From positions 1 through 39,759 of IMG/VR virus record IMGVR_UViG_3300025853_000231: DNA of 39,759 nt, one strand, 5' to 3'. Shown here in pieces: positions 1 through 9,476 of the stretch (positions are counted from its first letter, which is position 1; every line of letters starts with the position of its first letter). This DNA is from a virus. Its lineage: Duplodnaviria > Caudoviricetes. Both the position numbers and the translations under genes were made by a program. The notes beneath the pieces are model-generated. The model searched no databases, was not told the DNA's origin, and was given only the letters and a program-made list of their open reading frames with translations.

Positions 1-39
1 GTTTTGGTCCGTCCCAGCATCCAGCTGGGGTAAATTTGG

Positions 40-1179
40 CTAGATGGTGGTCTCGTAGGTTGCAGTGATTCGGTAAATTGAATTAGTGGTGTTGATAACA
101 TGCAACGCCCCAGTAGATGTTCCGCTCATAAACGAAATCTCATCAGTGCCGTGAGTGTTGATGGCGAAAATTGGTGATGCGTTTACATTGCTGGTCATAG
201 CGACAAACCCACCTCCAATGCCGCTTAATGAGCCGGTGTTGGGGCATTGTGCATTGAACGGCAAACCGTCAATTCTGTTTCCTGTAAAATTGGCAGAGAC
301 CCTAAACGTCAGTCGCACCGTGACCACTCTCCCCACTTTGACGTATTGACCATATTGGTGGCTAATTGCTCCAGTTGCATCACCGGCTGTCCCGATAGTG
401 AACGTCCCCTCCTCATAATCGTTGAGCAGACCACCTGACGGTGTGCCAAAGCCACTAGACGTAGACCCGAAATCAATTCCCAAACCTGAGCTGGCGACTA
501 GGTTGCCCGATGCGTTTATTCGCCATCGCTCGGCAGTTGACCCATTGGCTCCAGTCGCAAAAACCAAATCGACACTACTGGCTGATGGACCAAAATGATT
601 GCCAGCCACAAAATGCATTCCACTGTTCTGGGTGACACCACCGCCAGTTGCGGTTGAACTGTCGTAGGCGTCTAGGGTGTATGCGCCTAGGACCTCGCCC
701 TGTATGATGTCCGTTGATGCGTTCCCTCGGACATCAATTCCAACCGTCGAGTCTGTGGGACTGCCCAGTGTAGAGCTGCCCAAAAAGCCTGTTTTTTTGA
801 CTTCAAGGGCTTTGGTTGGTGTTCCATTAATGCCAAGCGAGCCTTCAATTTTGTCAGTCACCTCAAGCTGCCCCACTGATATGCCCTCAGCCGATTGGTA
901 GGCCATTGACCCAAGCTGGCCGTTCAGCGGAACCTCGTTAGGCGCAGTGCCTACGTCAGGTATCTCCATGTTCAGCTTGGAGGTGTCCAGGCTGGCGACA
1001 TCACTCAGGTTGTTTGATTCCTCCAGGTAGGTGCCCGATACGCCAGAGCTGACCTCACTGATGAGATCGGCCTTGGCCATTTTCCTGGTGCCTGCTGTGC
1101 TGCCATCAACCGCGATAAAGTCATCGCTATTGAGAGTGGTTGCGGCAGTTGAAATGTCTTTGATGCGTGTATTGGCCAT
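40..1179 (-). CDS. Tail fibre / receptor-binding protein
   Basis: Gly/Ser/Thr-rich 379 aa. Contains typical phage fibre motifs (ERWRINASGN, LNDYEEGTFT, G.Y.KVGR.VT.....LPF) and lies in the structural module. Confidence 0.8.
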   Translation of the reverse strand: MANTRIKDISTAATTLNSDDFIAVDGSTAGTRKMAKADLISEVSSGVSGTYLEESNNLSDVASLDTSKLNMEIPDVGTAPNEVPLNGQLGSMAYQSAEGISVGQLEVTDKIEGSLGINGTPTKALEVKKTGFLGSSTLGSPTDSTVGIDVRGNASTDIIQGEVLGAYTLDAYDSSTATGGGVTQNSGMHFVAGNHFGPSASSVDLVFATGANGSTAERWRINASGNLVASSGLGIDFGSTSSGFGTPSGGLLNDYEEGTFTIGTAGDATGAISHQYGQYVKVGRVVTVRLTFRVSANFTGNRIDGLPFNAQCPNTGSLSGIGGGFVAMTSNVNASPIFAINTHGTDEISFMSGTSTGALHVINTTNSIYRITATYETTI

Positions 1180-1184
1180 GGTCG

Positions 1185-1340
1185 TTAATTATCTGAATAG
1201 TCTGCTATCACTAGGAACTCGTTAGCCTCGGTAATAAAGTTGTCGCCATCATCGAATGTCAGGAAATACTCATTGACAATGACGTCACTGTTGGTGGTTG
1301 GGCTGAACCCAAACCCAGTTCCTAGTCCAGCATTGTTCAT
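1185..1340 (-). CDS. Small virion-associated hypothetical protein (51 aa)
   Basis: Start re-called at ATG 1340, which overlaps the upstream stop (ATGA). Acidic sequence with an LTFDDGDNFITE motif. Confidence 0.55.
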   Translation of the reverse strand: MNNAGLGTGFGFSPTTNSDVIVNEYFLTFDDGDNFITEANEFLVIADYSDN

Positions 1341-1630
1341 GCGTCGTAAGCTGTGATAGCCCCGGTGCTGACAACAATCTGGGTCGCAGAACAGCAACGC
1401 CAGGTGCTACCTGCCTGGAGAGATATGTTGGTCAGGGTTCCGGTCAGATTAGGACTAGTGACACTGGTCAAAATTGTAGACGTATGGGCGAAGATGTAGC
1501 TAAAGCTGCCGTTGAGCGTTCCTGCCCCGTCCTGGTAGGTCCCAGTGCTGGAGCCAAAGTGACCATCGTCACCCACTCTGACAGTGCGATATTTGTCGTT
1601 GTTATCTACTCCGGTAATTAGTGCTGGCAT
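1337..1630 (-). CDS. Small beta-rich virion protein (hypothetical)
   Basis: 97 aa, Thr/Ser/Gly-rich, in the structural operon, preceded by a copy of the 13-bp motif. Confidence 0.6.
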   Translation of the reverse strand: MPALITGVDNNDKYRTVRVGDDGHFGSSTGTYQDGAGTLNGSFSYIFAHTSTILTSVTSPNLTGTLTNISLQAGSTWRCCSATQIVVSTGAITAYDA

Positions 1631-1640
1631 AGTGTGAGCG

Positions 1641-1653
1641 GGTGTCAGTCACC
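1641..1653. promoter_or_regulatory. 13-bp motif GGTGTCAGTCACC (exact copy)
   Basis: Intergenic, 10 nt upstream of the ATG at 1630. Confidence 0.75.
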
Positions 1654-1665
1654 CAGGTTAAAAAA

Positions 1666-2397
1666 TTAGTAGGTCATTACTTCCAGCCGGGTTGTTTGGC
1701 CCTGCTGGGTGTGAAGTTTTAGGAGTTCATGGTCCAGGGCACCTCTTGCGTCTGACTCGGCCACCCTGGCCCTGTCGAGTTCTCCGTTGTGTCGCAGGTA
1801 GTCTGCGTAGGCTCCCCTGATCAGGTAGTCAGAGAAGATGCTTGGAACGCTCACAAGCGACCAATAGCTGCCCTGGGTGTATGGGCTGTAATCAGCACCC
1901 GATGGGACGTCTTGGGTGGCGATGTAAAAGTTGCCGTGAGTGTTGTCGTATACGTGATCTCCGATCAGGTAGGACTTGCTCTGGCTGTAAAGCTCTCCAG
2001 CAAACTCTGGAGCTAACTTTCGGAACAACACATAGACCTGAGTGTGGTTGGCCGAAATCTGAACACCATTCTCCGAGAGATAGAACGCCAGGCTCTGGAC
2101 GTCAGTGTTGGCCTTGGGCGACTTGTTCCAGACCGTGAACACTTCTGACATCTCGGTCTGGCCCGGTTGATCAAGGGCTATGTAGTTTCCCTCATCTCCC
2201 CCGCTCTGGGTGACTGTGCGTTGCTCAGTGGCACAGGTTTCTGGCCACTTGGCAGCCTCCCAACCGAATCGAATGCGACGACTGATCAGGTCCCTGATAA
2301 GACGCCACTCAGTTGTGGCTAGGGTGTCGTGATCGATACCAGCCAGGTTGCAGACCTGCTTTAGGACAGTTCTATAGTTGAGTGGCTTATGAGCCAT
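1666..2397 (-). CDS. Probable head-tail adaptor (tail tubular protein A-like)
   Basis: 243 aa downstream of the capsid gene. Helical N- and C-termini with a W.E motif and a small inserted beta domain. Call rests on synteny. Confidence 0.55.
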   Translation of the reverse strand: MAHKPLNYRTVLKQVCNLAGIDHDTLATTEWRLIRDLISRRIRFGWEAAKWPETCATEQRTVTQSGGDEGNYIALDQPGQTEMSEVFTVWNKSPKANTDVQSLAFYLSENGVQISANHTQVYVLFRKLAPEFAGELYSQSKSYLIGDHVYDNTHGNFYIATQDVPSGADYSPYTQGSYWSLVSVPSIFSDYLIRGAYADYLRHNGELDRARVAESDARGALDHELLKLHTQQGQTTRLEVMTY

Positions 2398-2701
2398 ACC
2401 CTACCTGAATCTTGCCAGTGCCCTGGGACTTCACTCGAAGTTCAGGGTTGTTCTTGGCCATGTATTTTCGGAACTCAGGGTCCTTCCAGATTTCCCTGCC
2501 TTCTCGGCGGGTCCACTCGTTGTAGACCTTGGAGTCAATCTCCATGGTGGCCCTACCAAGGCCTTCGACAGATCGTTTGCCACCTCGGTTTTGTTTGGCG
2601 ATTTCAGCCTGGCGTTTGATCGCCTCCTCATGACGTTGGTCGTAGGAGTCGATGTGGCGATTGGCGAGCTTCTCGCGAACTTGGTCTGTGATGTCTGCCA
2701 T
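2387..2701 (-). CDS. Hypothetical protein following the major capsid gene
   Basis: Basic ~104 aa ORF overlapping the next gene. Start re-called at ATG 2701. Confidence 0.7.
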   Translation of the reverse strand: MADITDQVREKLANRHIDSYDQRHEEAIKRQAEIAKQNRGGKRSVEGLGRATMEIDSKVYNEWTRREGREIWKDPEFRKYMAKNNPELRVKSQGTGKIQVGYGS

Positions 2702-2710
2702 AAATTTATT

Positions 2711-2753
2711 CACCCCGTAGGGAGAGAGGGTTTCCCCTCTCCCCCAGGAGGTG
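2711..2753. other. GC-rich stem-loop downstream of the capsid gene
   Basis: GGGAGAGAGGG..CCCTCTCCCCC inverted repeat, extendable to CACC..GGTG. No clear U-tract. Confidence 0.5.
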
Positions 2754-2812
2754 TGTGTTGCGTGACCAGGTGACCCACACCTGGAGTTGTTCTAGAGTTG
2801 CTGCAACAACTC

Positions 2813-3847
2813 TTAGAGAGCAGGGCTGAATTGGCCCAACCCGATTGGGTTGCGAACCTGGAGGGCTGCGCGAGCTTCGATCAGGAAGCGATCACCAGCA
2901 CCTCGGTCCTCGAATTTCTCGACCGTTGGTTGCTTCTGCATCCGCAGATCAATCTTATCCATATCGAGCAGGTAGCCACGGCCAGCTTCCTGTGCAGAGC
3001 CAACTGCTGCGTCCTGGAACCCGATGAAGTTGTCAGCGATGACCTCGATGGTTCCGAAGTCGCCCTCGAAGATCGTGGTAGAGTTCGTGACCTTCTTGCT
3101 GTCACCGTCGATGTTGAAATTGCGAGCGGTGTAGCCAGCAGTTGCAATCGTGCGGGTGAAGTCTGTGAAGGCACGACGCAGGGTTGCGTCGCAGAACAAC
3201 TTGTAGTCGCCCATCATGCCAGTGGCACTCCAGATGGTCTGGAGAAGAGCCTGAATGTCAGACTCGGTGATGGAAGCGGTTGCGGTTCCGATGATCTGAC
3301 CAGCAGCAGGACGGAAGGCGGCAGGCACTGCAAGCAGAGACTGTCCACCAACAGAACCAGCACCAGCAACAGTCAGGTTTGCGGTGTCACGTATCCAGAC
3401 GCCAAGACCACGGGTCAAGTAAGCGTTGGAGCCGTTGTCAACCTGGTGTTCCTGATCGCTCAAGCAGGTAGCCTCGATGTCGCGAATCAGCTCAACGCCT
3501 TTGACGGAGATGCTGTTTGCGATCTCATCGCTCACACCAGCAACAACCGAAACGTCTTGGGCCAAGCGGGAAACCTGGGCGCTACGACGGAAGGTCTGTA
3601 GGTATGTTGAGATGATGGCACGGTTTGCGGCTGCGTTCTCGTAGGAGGTGACGTCAGTTCCATCAACAGTTCCACCGAGCGTTGCTGCGCCGTAGGTATC
3701 AACAGGCCACTCTAGGTAGGTGTTCTGCGGTGTGGTTCCCTTGTTGACAAGGGACATGAACGGAGTGGCTTTCTCATCCACCCGTGTTAACAAATCAAGC
3801 AGGTCCTCGCGTTTTGCGACCTGATCTTTTTCCAATAGCATTGCCAT
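2813..3847 (-). CDS. Major capsid protein (HK97 fold; SU10/DUF5309-like)
   Basis: 344 aa. N-terminal REDL.D motif, TPFMS, EW..D, Y.QTFRR...VS and FEGDFG. Follows the scaffold gene. Confidence 0.88.
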   Translation of the reverse strand: MAMLLEKDQVAKREDLLDLLTRVDEKATPFMSLVNKGTTPQNTYLEWPVDTYGAATLGGTVDGTDVTSYENAAANRAIISTYLQTFRRSAQVSRLAQDVSVVAGVSDEIANSISVKGVELIRDIEATCLSDQEHQVDNGSNAYLTRGLGVWIRDTANLTVAGAGSVGGQSLLAVPAAFRPAAGQIIGTATASITESDIQALLQTIWSATGMMGDYKLFCDATLRRAFTDFTRTIATAGYTARNFNIDGDSKKVTNSTTIFEGDFGTIEVIADNFIGFQDAAVGSAQEAGRGYLLDMDKIDLRMQKQPTVEKFEDRGAGDRFLIEARAALQVRNPIGLGQFSPAL

Positions 3848-3852
3848 AATTA

Positions 3853-4836
3853 TTAGCCTTTCAAGAATGCCGCAGTGATGAAGTCTCTGAGACCGTCCTT
3901 GGAACCGGTTTGCATGACACGTTTTTTGGCTCTGGCGATTGAGTCCTCGGTTGAAGAGACACTCTTCTGAGCGGAAGGCCTTCCTGGTTGGGGCGTTGGG
4001 TCAGGTGTTCTTGTTGGTGCTTTTGCCTGATTGACCTGCTCTTGCTCTAAGTAAAAGCCCACCAGGGCTCTCGCGAGATACAGGTCTACGTCGGGCAGGT
4101 GCTTAATTGCAGGGTTCGCCTGCTTTACCTGATCAACCCAAGCCCTTGCCGGGTTTTTAGGGTCCTTCAGCCATGGGTATTTCTCGGCTGCGAACTCAAA
4201 TGACCGGTGTTCAGCGAGTATCTGTTTCCTTCGCTTAGGTATGTCGCTCTCCCTGGAGAACTCAGCATTAAGACTGAGGTCTTCTAGCCAGGCTTCGACA
4301 TCGTCGGGCAGCTCTTGCCCAGTGCGATTGCGAATCTCGTTTTCTACCGAATCTGGGTCCCGCCTGTAGCGACTGAGGGCACGTTTCGCCCACCTTTCCG
4401 CTTCCATGGCTTGGTCCTCAAGCCTCTCCAGTGCATCAATTGTTGAGGCGTCCTGAATGAGGTCTGAAATGCCAGATTGTGACTGTTCCTCTGGTTGTCG
4501 CGACTGTTTCTGTAGCTCAAACTGTTTCTCACGCAGTTCTTCGATCTCTCGTTGGAGTTCGTTCTTCTGCCATGTCAGTTTGTCCACTCGCTTGCGCCAG
4601 GAGTAGTCACTGTTCGTGTTGCCCTCTGGTTCTCCTTCGCCCTCGTCAGACTGCGGCGTTGAGTCTGCTTCAGGTTCAGGGACAGGAGGTGTTTCCGTTG
4701 TCTTTTCGGAGGCAGGTTCTGGAGCTGGACCAAGGCTTCCCTTGATCGCTTCTCTTACTGCATCCATTGCACCAGCATTAGGTAGGGCTTCCTCCGCAGT
4801 CTGGTGTTCTGCGGTCATCACTGTTTCTTCAGACAT
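3853..4836 (-). CDS. Capsid scaffolding protein
   Basis: Acidic Pro/Glu-rich N-terminus, KRVDKLT coiled coil, basic C-terminal helix. Directly upstream of the capsid gene. Start re-called at ATG 4836. Confidence 0.75.
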   Translation of the reverse strand: MSEETVMTAEHQTAEEALPNAGAMDAVREAIKGSLGPAPEPASEKTTETPPVPEPEADSTPQSDEGEGEPEGNTNSDYSWRKRVDKLTWQKNELQREIEELREKQFELQKQSRQPEEQSQSGISDLIQDASTIDALERLEDQAMEAERWAKRALSRYRRDPDSVENEIRNRTGQELPDDVEAWLEDLSLNAEFSRESDIPKRRKQILAEHRSFEFAAEKYPWLKDPKNPARAWVDQVKQANPAIKHLPDVDLYLARALVGFYLEQEQVNQAKAPTRTPDPTPQPGRPSAQKSVSSTEDSIARAKKRVMQTGSKDGLRDFITAAFLKG

Positions 4837-4897
4837 GCTGTTTGGAACGGGTCGCAAGAAACCCTTCACATGGGTCTTTAGGTGCCCAAGGGACCTA

Positions 4898-4910
4898 GGT
4901 GTAAGTCACC
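4898..4910. promoter_or_regulatory. 13-bp motif variant GGTGTAAGTCACC (1 mismatch)
   Basis: Intergenic, upstream of the scaffold/capsid genes. Confidence 0.65.
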
Positions 4911-4942
4911 CAAGGCGAAAAGTAGGAGTTTCAGTTTTTCCG

Positions 4943-5209
4943 TCAAGGGGTAGGGTCAGATTCTTTCTGCCCAAGGGCGTCCTGGAACAGGGTCTCAAAG
5001 CCGAAATACATGTCCTGCATCATTGCCAGGCGTCCTGCTTGGTAATGCCTCTGCGAGTCACTCAAGTCTGTTGCTGCGACCGTGAAGGCTTCCCCTTTCA
5101 TGGCTTCATTGAGAATGTAGAGCAAACCCTGTCTGACAGGGTGTTCCTCAGACATTGCGAAAGCCTGCAATAGTTCATCGGGGTAACCCCCGAACCTGTA
5201 ATCATCCAT
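4943..5209 (-). CDS. Small helical protein between portal and scaffold
   Basis: 88 aa with an R.Y.AGR motif, in a position typical of podovirus head modules. Confidence 0.65.
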   Translation of the reverse strand: MDDYRFGGYPDELLQAFAMSEEHPVRQGLLYILNEAMKGEAFTVAATDLSDSQRHYQAGRLAMMQDMYFGFETLFQDALGQKESDPTP

Positions 5210-7286
5210 TGGGGTTGACTCCTATTCTGCCGATCTGTTTGTTCTGCTGCTGCATCATGGACATGTTCAAGTTCTGAGAGAACGCCTGGACCAGTTGCTG
5301 GAACTGTTCATCACCCTGGAGCAATTGCTGGTATTTAGGGTTGGAGGCAATGATCTGCTGCATGAACTGCAACTTGATGCCTGCACTTGGGTCGTTCTCA
5401 ACGAAGTTCGGCTGGTTACCCAGGGCCATGAGGGCTACCTGGTTGTTGACGTCGTCAAACATCTTCTTGGTAGCTTCAGCCTCTTCTGTGACCAGTTCTG
5501 TGGCCAATGTTGGGTCGATGACTTGCAGCTTCTTGCGAATGAGCTTGGTCCTGTCAACGATGCCCATGGTGTCTTCTGGTAAGACAAACTGTGAGATAGC
5601 CTGGAGTTTTTTCTGAACAAACTCGTTGTCCAGCTCTCGAATATCGAAGTGCAATGAGAAGTTGTATTTGTTAGGGTCCCTGGGAATGCCCATGTTGGTC
5701 CCTGTTACCTGGGCAAATCGTTCGTCAGAGTCGAACTTCTGAGTGAGTTCCCACATTCTACCAACCACAGATGACATGTGGCGAAGCCATCGATGCACGT
5801 AGGCCTGCTGGTTGAGCTGGGTTTCTACAGGTGGAACGGCTGCGTTGGGCCTGCCGAAATACCGATCTGTCCGAATGGTAATATCGTTGATAAGTTGGAA
5901 GGCCAGTTCAGAACCTCGACGAGGAGGTTCCATCCAGGAGATGTCATTGGGACGTTGCTCGGCCACCTGGACACCAGGGCCCACTTTGATTCTCTGACCA
6001 TACCTCAAGGGCACCTTGAGTGGCGGGAGAATCTCAAAGCTTGATCTGTCGGTGAGACTGTCAGACTGAACTTTGATCTCGTTCTGCCAGGTCTTAACAA
6101 TCTCAGAAACACCCCTGCTTTCAATGGGGCTGCGACGGGTTTTCTCTCTGGTGAAACATTCAAACGGGTAGGTGTCCCCTGCTTCAGTAACCAGTTTGTG
6201 TTCACCAAAGAGTTCTTCTCCCTTGGTGTTCTTCTCCAGGTAAGGCGAGAAGATGGTTAGGTAGATGCCAGGCATACCACTGTCAGTGGTTCGCCTTGAG
6301 TAGGCATGAATGATCTCGACCAGGTTGGACTTGTCGTCCATGTGATCACTAGTGCCAACCACCGGGGAAAGACCGTATTCGTAGCTGGAAGCATTGGTGC
6401 CAGCAGTCTTCTTAACCTCTTCGCAGAACTTCTTGTCCCACTCCCCTGATGCTGCCTTTTCTTCAATCTCGGCAACTGTGTAGAAGTCCCTTCTGAAGAT
6501 GGCCCTGGCACGTTGCCAATCAGTTGTTTCGGGTGGAAACAAGACCTCATAGTAAGGTCGAAGGGCGACAATACTGGGTTGGTTCCGAGTCATCTCAGGG
6601 ACCTCGAACACTGTCTTGCCAGTCTCTACAATCTCCCTGATGTGTTTCAGGGCTTTTGTCCTGGTCAACCCTTTGTTGCCTGCGACCAAGAGGTCAGCCA
6701 GGTATTCTTGTTCGTTTTGCAGGGCAGCGGTTAGAGCGTCAATACTAGGCGGGTTGTCGGCCCCTAGATAGCCGGTGAGTGTTTGGAGGTTAATCTCGCG
6801 GGGCACCTGGGCGTAGCAACGCTCCCAGGTTACATGAAGGACGCTCCAACCATATTGCGCTGCATATTCGGAGTGCAGTTCCAGTTCTTCTTCAAAGTCT
6901 GGCTGCATCAAAGTCTTTAGCATCCACCTCAGATATAGGCCTACCGCACCAGATGTCTTAATGTCACTGCTTTCAATGCCATCGACGTTGAGGGCTGCCC
7001 TGGCGATGCTGGAAGTGCTTAGGTTGACCATGAAGTTGCACACCTCATCGGCCAGCCTAATTCGAGTGTCACTGGCACCTTCCCAGGGAAAGGGTTGGGT
7101 GCCGATGTCAGCGGCATGTTTCTTACCGTCAGAACTCTGACCGTTCCAGAAGGCAAACCGAGTGTTGTCGGCCTGCTGGACCCTGTTGGTCATTCGCCTG
7201 TCGGTATGGGCCCTGCGGAAGTCTCTCCGCAATTCAGAAATGTTAGGTTCCGTCGTTGAAACCAGTTTATCTAGGTTGTGCATCAA
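5202..7286 (-). CDS. Portal protein
   Basis: 694 aa directly after TerL. PFPWEGASD motif and a Gln-rich helical C-terminus. Confidence 0.85.
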   Translation of the reverse strand: MMHNLDKLVSTTEPNISELRRDFRRAHTDRRMTNRVQQADNTRFAFWNGQSSDGKKHAADIGTQPFPWEGASDTRIRLADEVCNFMVNLSTSSIARAALNVDGIESSDIKTSGAVGLYLRWMLKTLMQPDFEEELELHSEYAAQYGWSVLHVTWERCYAQVPREINLQTLTGYLGADNPPSIDALTAALQNEQEYLADLLVAGNKGLTRTKALKHIREIVETGKTVFEVPEMTRNQPSIVALRPYYEVLFPPETTDWQRARAIFRRDFYTVAEIEEKAASGEWDKKFCEEVKKTAGTNASSYEYGLSPVVGTSDHMDDKSNLVEIIHAYSRRTTDSGMPGIYLTIFSPYLEKNTKGEELFGEHKLVTEAGDTYPFECFTREKTRRSPIESRGVSEIVKTWQNEIKVQSDSLTDRSSFEILPPLKVPLRYGQRIKVGPGVQVAEQRPNDISWMEPPRRGSELAFQLINDITIRTDRYFGRPNAAVPPVETQLNQQAYVHRWLRHMSSVVGRMWELTQKFDSDERFAQVTGTNMGIPRDPNKYNFSLHFDIRELDNEFVQKKLQAISQFVLPEDTMGIVDRTKLIRKKLQVIDPTLATELVTEEAEATKKMFDDVNNQVALMALGNQPNFVENDPSAGIKLQFMQQIIASNPKYQQLLQGDEQFQQLVQAFSQNLNMSMMQQQNKQIGRIGVNPNG

Positions 7287-8950
7287 TATGAGCCGGGTTG
7301 TGTGCTGTATTCCTGGTTCCTGGGGACGTAGATGGGGTCCATGAGAATGCCGTATCTTAGGCAGTCAACAGGGTCCTTGCTGGCCCCCTTGTCGCCGTCG
7401 GCATTGGTCCAGGTTCTCAGAGAGTAGATTAAGTTTTTACACACCTCCGACACGTAGAGTTTCGGCTCGTTCAGAACCGAAACTTCCTCGCTCAAGTTAT
7501 AGGAAAACAAATTGTTGACAAGGGCACAGCTCTCGTCGATATGCGTCATTGGAGCCGGGGTAAATAGCAGGCCTTCTTTGGTGACCTCACCCCCTGCACC
7601 TCTGTCTGGTTGCGAGAGTAAGTCAATCAAGCTCTGGTTATGTTCTCGCTGACTGAGAACAGCCGTCCTACCTGCCCTGGGGTCAATGAACCTCTCCTGA
7701 ATGCCACCGTCTGTTCTCTCTAGTTCCCTGATCAGTGTTTTATACTGCTGCAAGTTTCTGCCACAGTCTGCGGTCTGGGCCGGGCCCTTCTTACCGTCCA
7801 TCTTCGCAGATGGTAGAGCCCACTCACCGTAGTTATCAAAGTCAGGCCACTCACGATAAACAAACACGCGACCAAGGTCGTCAACGCGAAGCCAAAGCAT
7901 AAACCAATTGCGGTCCCCAGGCGTTGGGTCCACCACCATATAGTTTGTTCCACTCTTTGGAACCTGGTCTGCCTTGACGATATTCCTGTCTGTAAATCGG
8001 GGGAACTTACCAACAATAGGGTTGGAAACATAGCCGTATGCCCTGATCTCAATTTCCTCCCTGGTCCTACCCTGGAGGGTTTTCTCCATGGCGTCGAAGG
8101 GTGAGTAGGGGTTGAACTCGCTGAAGAACCAAAATATCTGTCCATTACCTTGTCTTGTCCTGGCCTTGTATGGCATGTGCCCCTTGGGCACCCCTGGTAT
8201 GGTTGAAGGCGCTTTAGGGTCTATCAGTTTCCCAGGTTTAGTCTCCTCGATAATAGCGCCTTCGCAGGCGTCTTTAACAGTTGGTGTGTAACCCTCAATA
8301 GGGGTGAAAGTGATGATCATTTTGCCCCTACGTGAGACCAACCTGTATTTCAAAGTCTGAACCCAAGCCAGGGGCACTAGCTCGTCCATCCAGATGAGGT
8401 CTAACTCTGTCCCTTCCAATGTGCCCAAGTCCTGAGTGTAATTTTTGAACCAGGCCTGACTGTGGTTGACCCCCACAAAGGTCCGGTTGGAGAAACCGTT
8501 CTTCTGGCTGAAAGCAATGTTCTGAACGGACCTTACATTCCTTCTCTGGGCCTTCCATTGCTGTGGTAAGTAAGCGTTCAGGTAGGGTTGCTGAACCTGG
8601 ATGCTAGAGTCATTAGAACTATGACAACACCAGACCGCATACTTAGGGTTGTTCACCATCGCTCTAATAACCCTAGAAGCCATGTATCTAGACTTCCCTG
8701 CCCTGTTACCACCGAAAATGTAGATCACATCTACAGTGGGGTCTTCCAGGGCTTTGTCCACGTCCTTCCAGTGGTCAAAGATGCCCTCAGTGTTGTGATG
8801 GTCTGCCCCATAAAGATAAGGGTCAGCCTCCTCTAGCCTGATCAGCTCCTCCCTCTTGTTGTAAAACTCCTCCAGGGTGCCCTGGGCAGCCATAGCCATC
8901 GCCTCTGACTGGGTAGGAACCGGGTAGATAGGGTGTTTGGTCCACTTCAT
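7283..8950 (-). CDS. terL: Terminase large subunit
   Basis: Walker A GGNRAGKS, Walker B LIWMDE, coupling motif TFTP, RNase H-like nuclease (VVDP...KDPVDCLRY). Confidence 0.95.
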   Translation of the reverse strand: MKWTKHPIYPVPTQSEAMAMAAQGTLEEFYNKREELIRLEEADPYLYGADHHNTEGIFDHWKDVDKALEDPTVDVIYIFGGNRAGKSRYMASRVIRAMVNNPKYAVWCCHSSNDSSIQVQQPYLNAYLPQQWKAQRRNVRSVQNIAFSQKNGFSNRTFVGVNHSQAWFKNYTQDLGTLEGTELDLIWMDELVPLAWVQTLKYRLVSRRGKMIITFTPIEGYTPTVKDACEGAIIEETKPGKLIDPKAPSTIPGVPKGHMPYKARTRQGNGQIFWFFSEFNPYSPFDAMEKTLQGRTREEIEIRAYGYVSNPIVGKFPRFTDRNIVKADQVPKSGTNYMVVDPTPGDRNWFMLWLRVDDLGRVFVYREWPDFDNYGEWALPSAKMDGKKGPAQTADCGRNLQQYKTLIRELERTDGGIQERFIDPRAGRTAVLSQREHNQSLIDLLSQPDRGAGGEVTKEGLLFTPAPMTHIDESCALVNNLFSYNLSEEVSVLNEPKLYVSEVCKNLIYSLRTWTNADGDKGASKDPVDCLRYGILMDPIYVPRNQEYSTQPGSY

Positions 8951-8951
8951 G

Positions 8952-9239
8952 TCACCACCTGCTCAACTGTCTTGGCCTTCCCTTGCAATACATTCTCTTG
9001 CCCCCAGGTTCGCACCAGACGGGCACCTGAAGGCCTTTCTGGAACCATCGGGCATCACTGACATGGACCAGCCCAAGATCGGTCTCTATGAGCCTGCTGT
9101 TAAGAGGGTGGCCAATGACCTTACCCACCTTACTCTCCCTGCCTGCCTTCCATCGGAGGTCAGGAGACTCTAGCATGGTCCTACGTTTAGCCGGTTTGCC
9201 TCTGGTGCGCTTCTTAGGTTGGTTGTCCTGGTCTTCCAT
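8952..9239 (-). CDS. Basic hypothetical protein
   Basis: 95 aa ORF abutting terL. Confidence 0.55.
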   Translation of the reverse strand: MEDQDNQPKKRTRGKPAKRRTMLESPDLRWKAGRESKVGKVIGHPLNSRLIETDLGLVHVSDARWFQKGLQVPVWCEPGGKRMYCKGRPRQLSRW

Positions 9240-9241
9240 GG

Positions 9242-9406
9242 TCAGTCTTTAGCCATTGCCTCATCAAACCTGTCCCAGCAGTAGGAGCAAAGGACCTCCC
9301 AGGGAGCATCAGCAGGTTTCACTATGAGCCAACCATCGTCTTGGGCTAACAGGTAGGTTTTAGAGTCTCCACAAGAGTTACATGAGATGTGTTTATGGTC
9401 TTTCAT
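9242..9406 (-). CDS. 54-aa zinc-ribbon protein (CxxC...CxxC), absent from the ORF track
   Basis: Translated by hand: MKDHKHISCNSCGDSKTYLLAQDDGWLIVKPADAPWEVLCSYCWDRFDEAMAKD. Confidence 0.6.
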   Translation of the reverse strand: MKDHKHISCNSCGDSKTYLLAQDDGWLIVKPADAPWEVLCSYCWDRFDEAMAKD

Positions 9407-9418
9407 GGTCAGTCTGTC

Positions 9419-9449
9419 TTGACACCTAAGCGTTCCGCTTAGCTGTCAA
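9419..9449. promoter_or_regulatory. Palindrome TTGACAcCTAAGCGttcCGCTTAGcTGTCAA
   Basis: Near-perfect inverted repeat with a TTGACA hexamer on each strand, upstream of the terminase operon. Confidence 0.45.
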
Positions 9450-9476
9450 AAATGGGGGCCCAAGGGGGGCCCTTTT
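9447..9476 (-). terminator. Possible intrinsic terminator after terS
   Basis: GGGCCC-4nt-GGGCCC hairpin with T-runs on both strands. Confidence 0.4.

Noticed and set aside
850-862. Motif variant TTTGTCAGTCACC as a functional operator
   Set aside because: Two mismatches break one dyad arm, it lies mid-gene, and it can be explained by Val-Thr-Asp codons. Listed only as a weak variant.
2798-3601. Long + strand ORFs (also 4616..5173, 10906..11436, 23019..23528, 35832..36368)
   Set aside because: They are antisense shadows of well-supported minus-strand genes and have no recognisable motifs.
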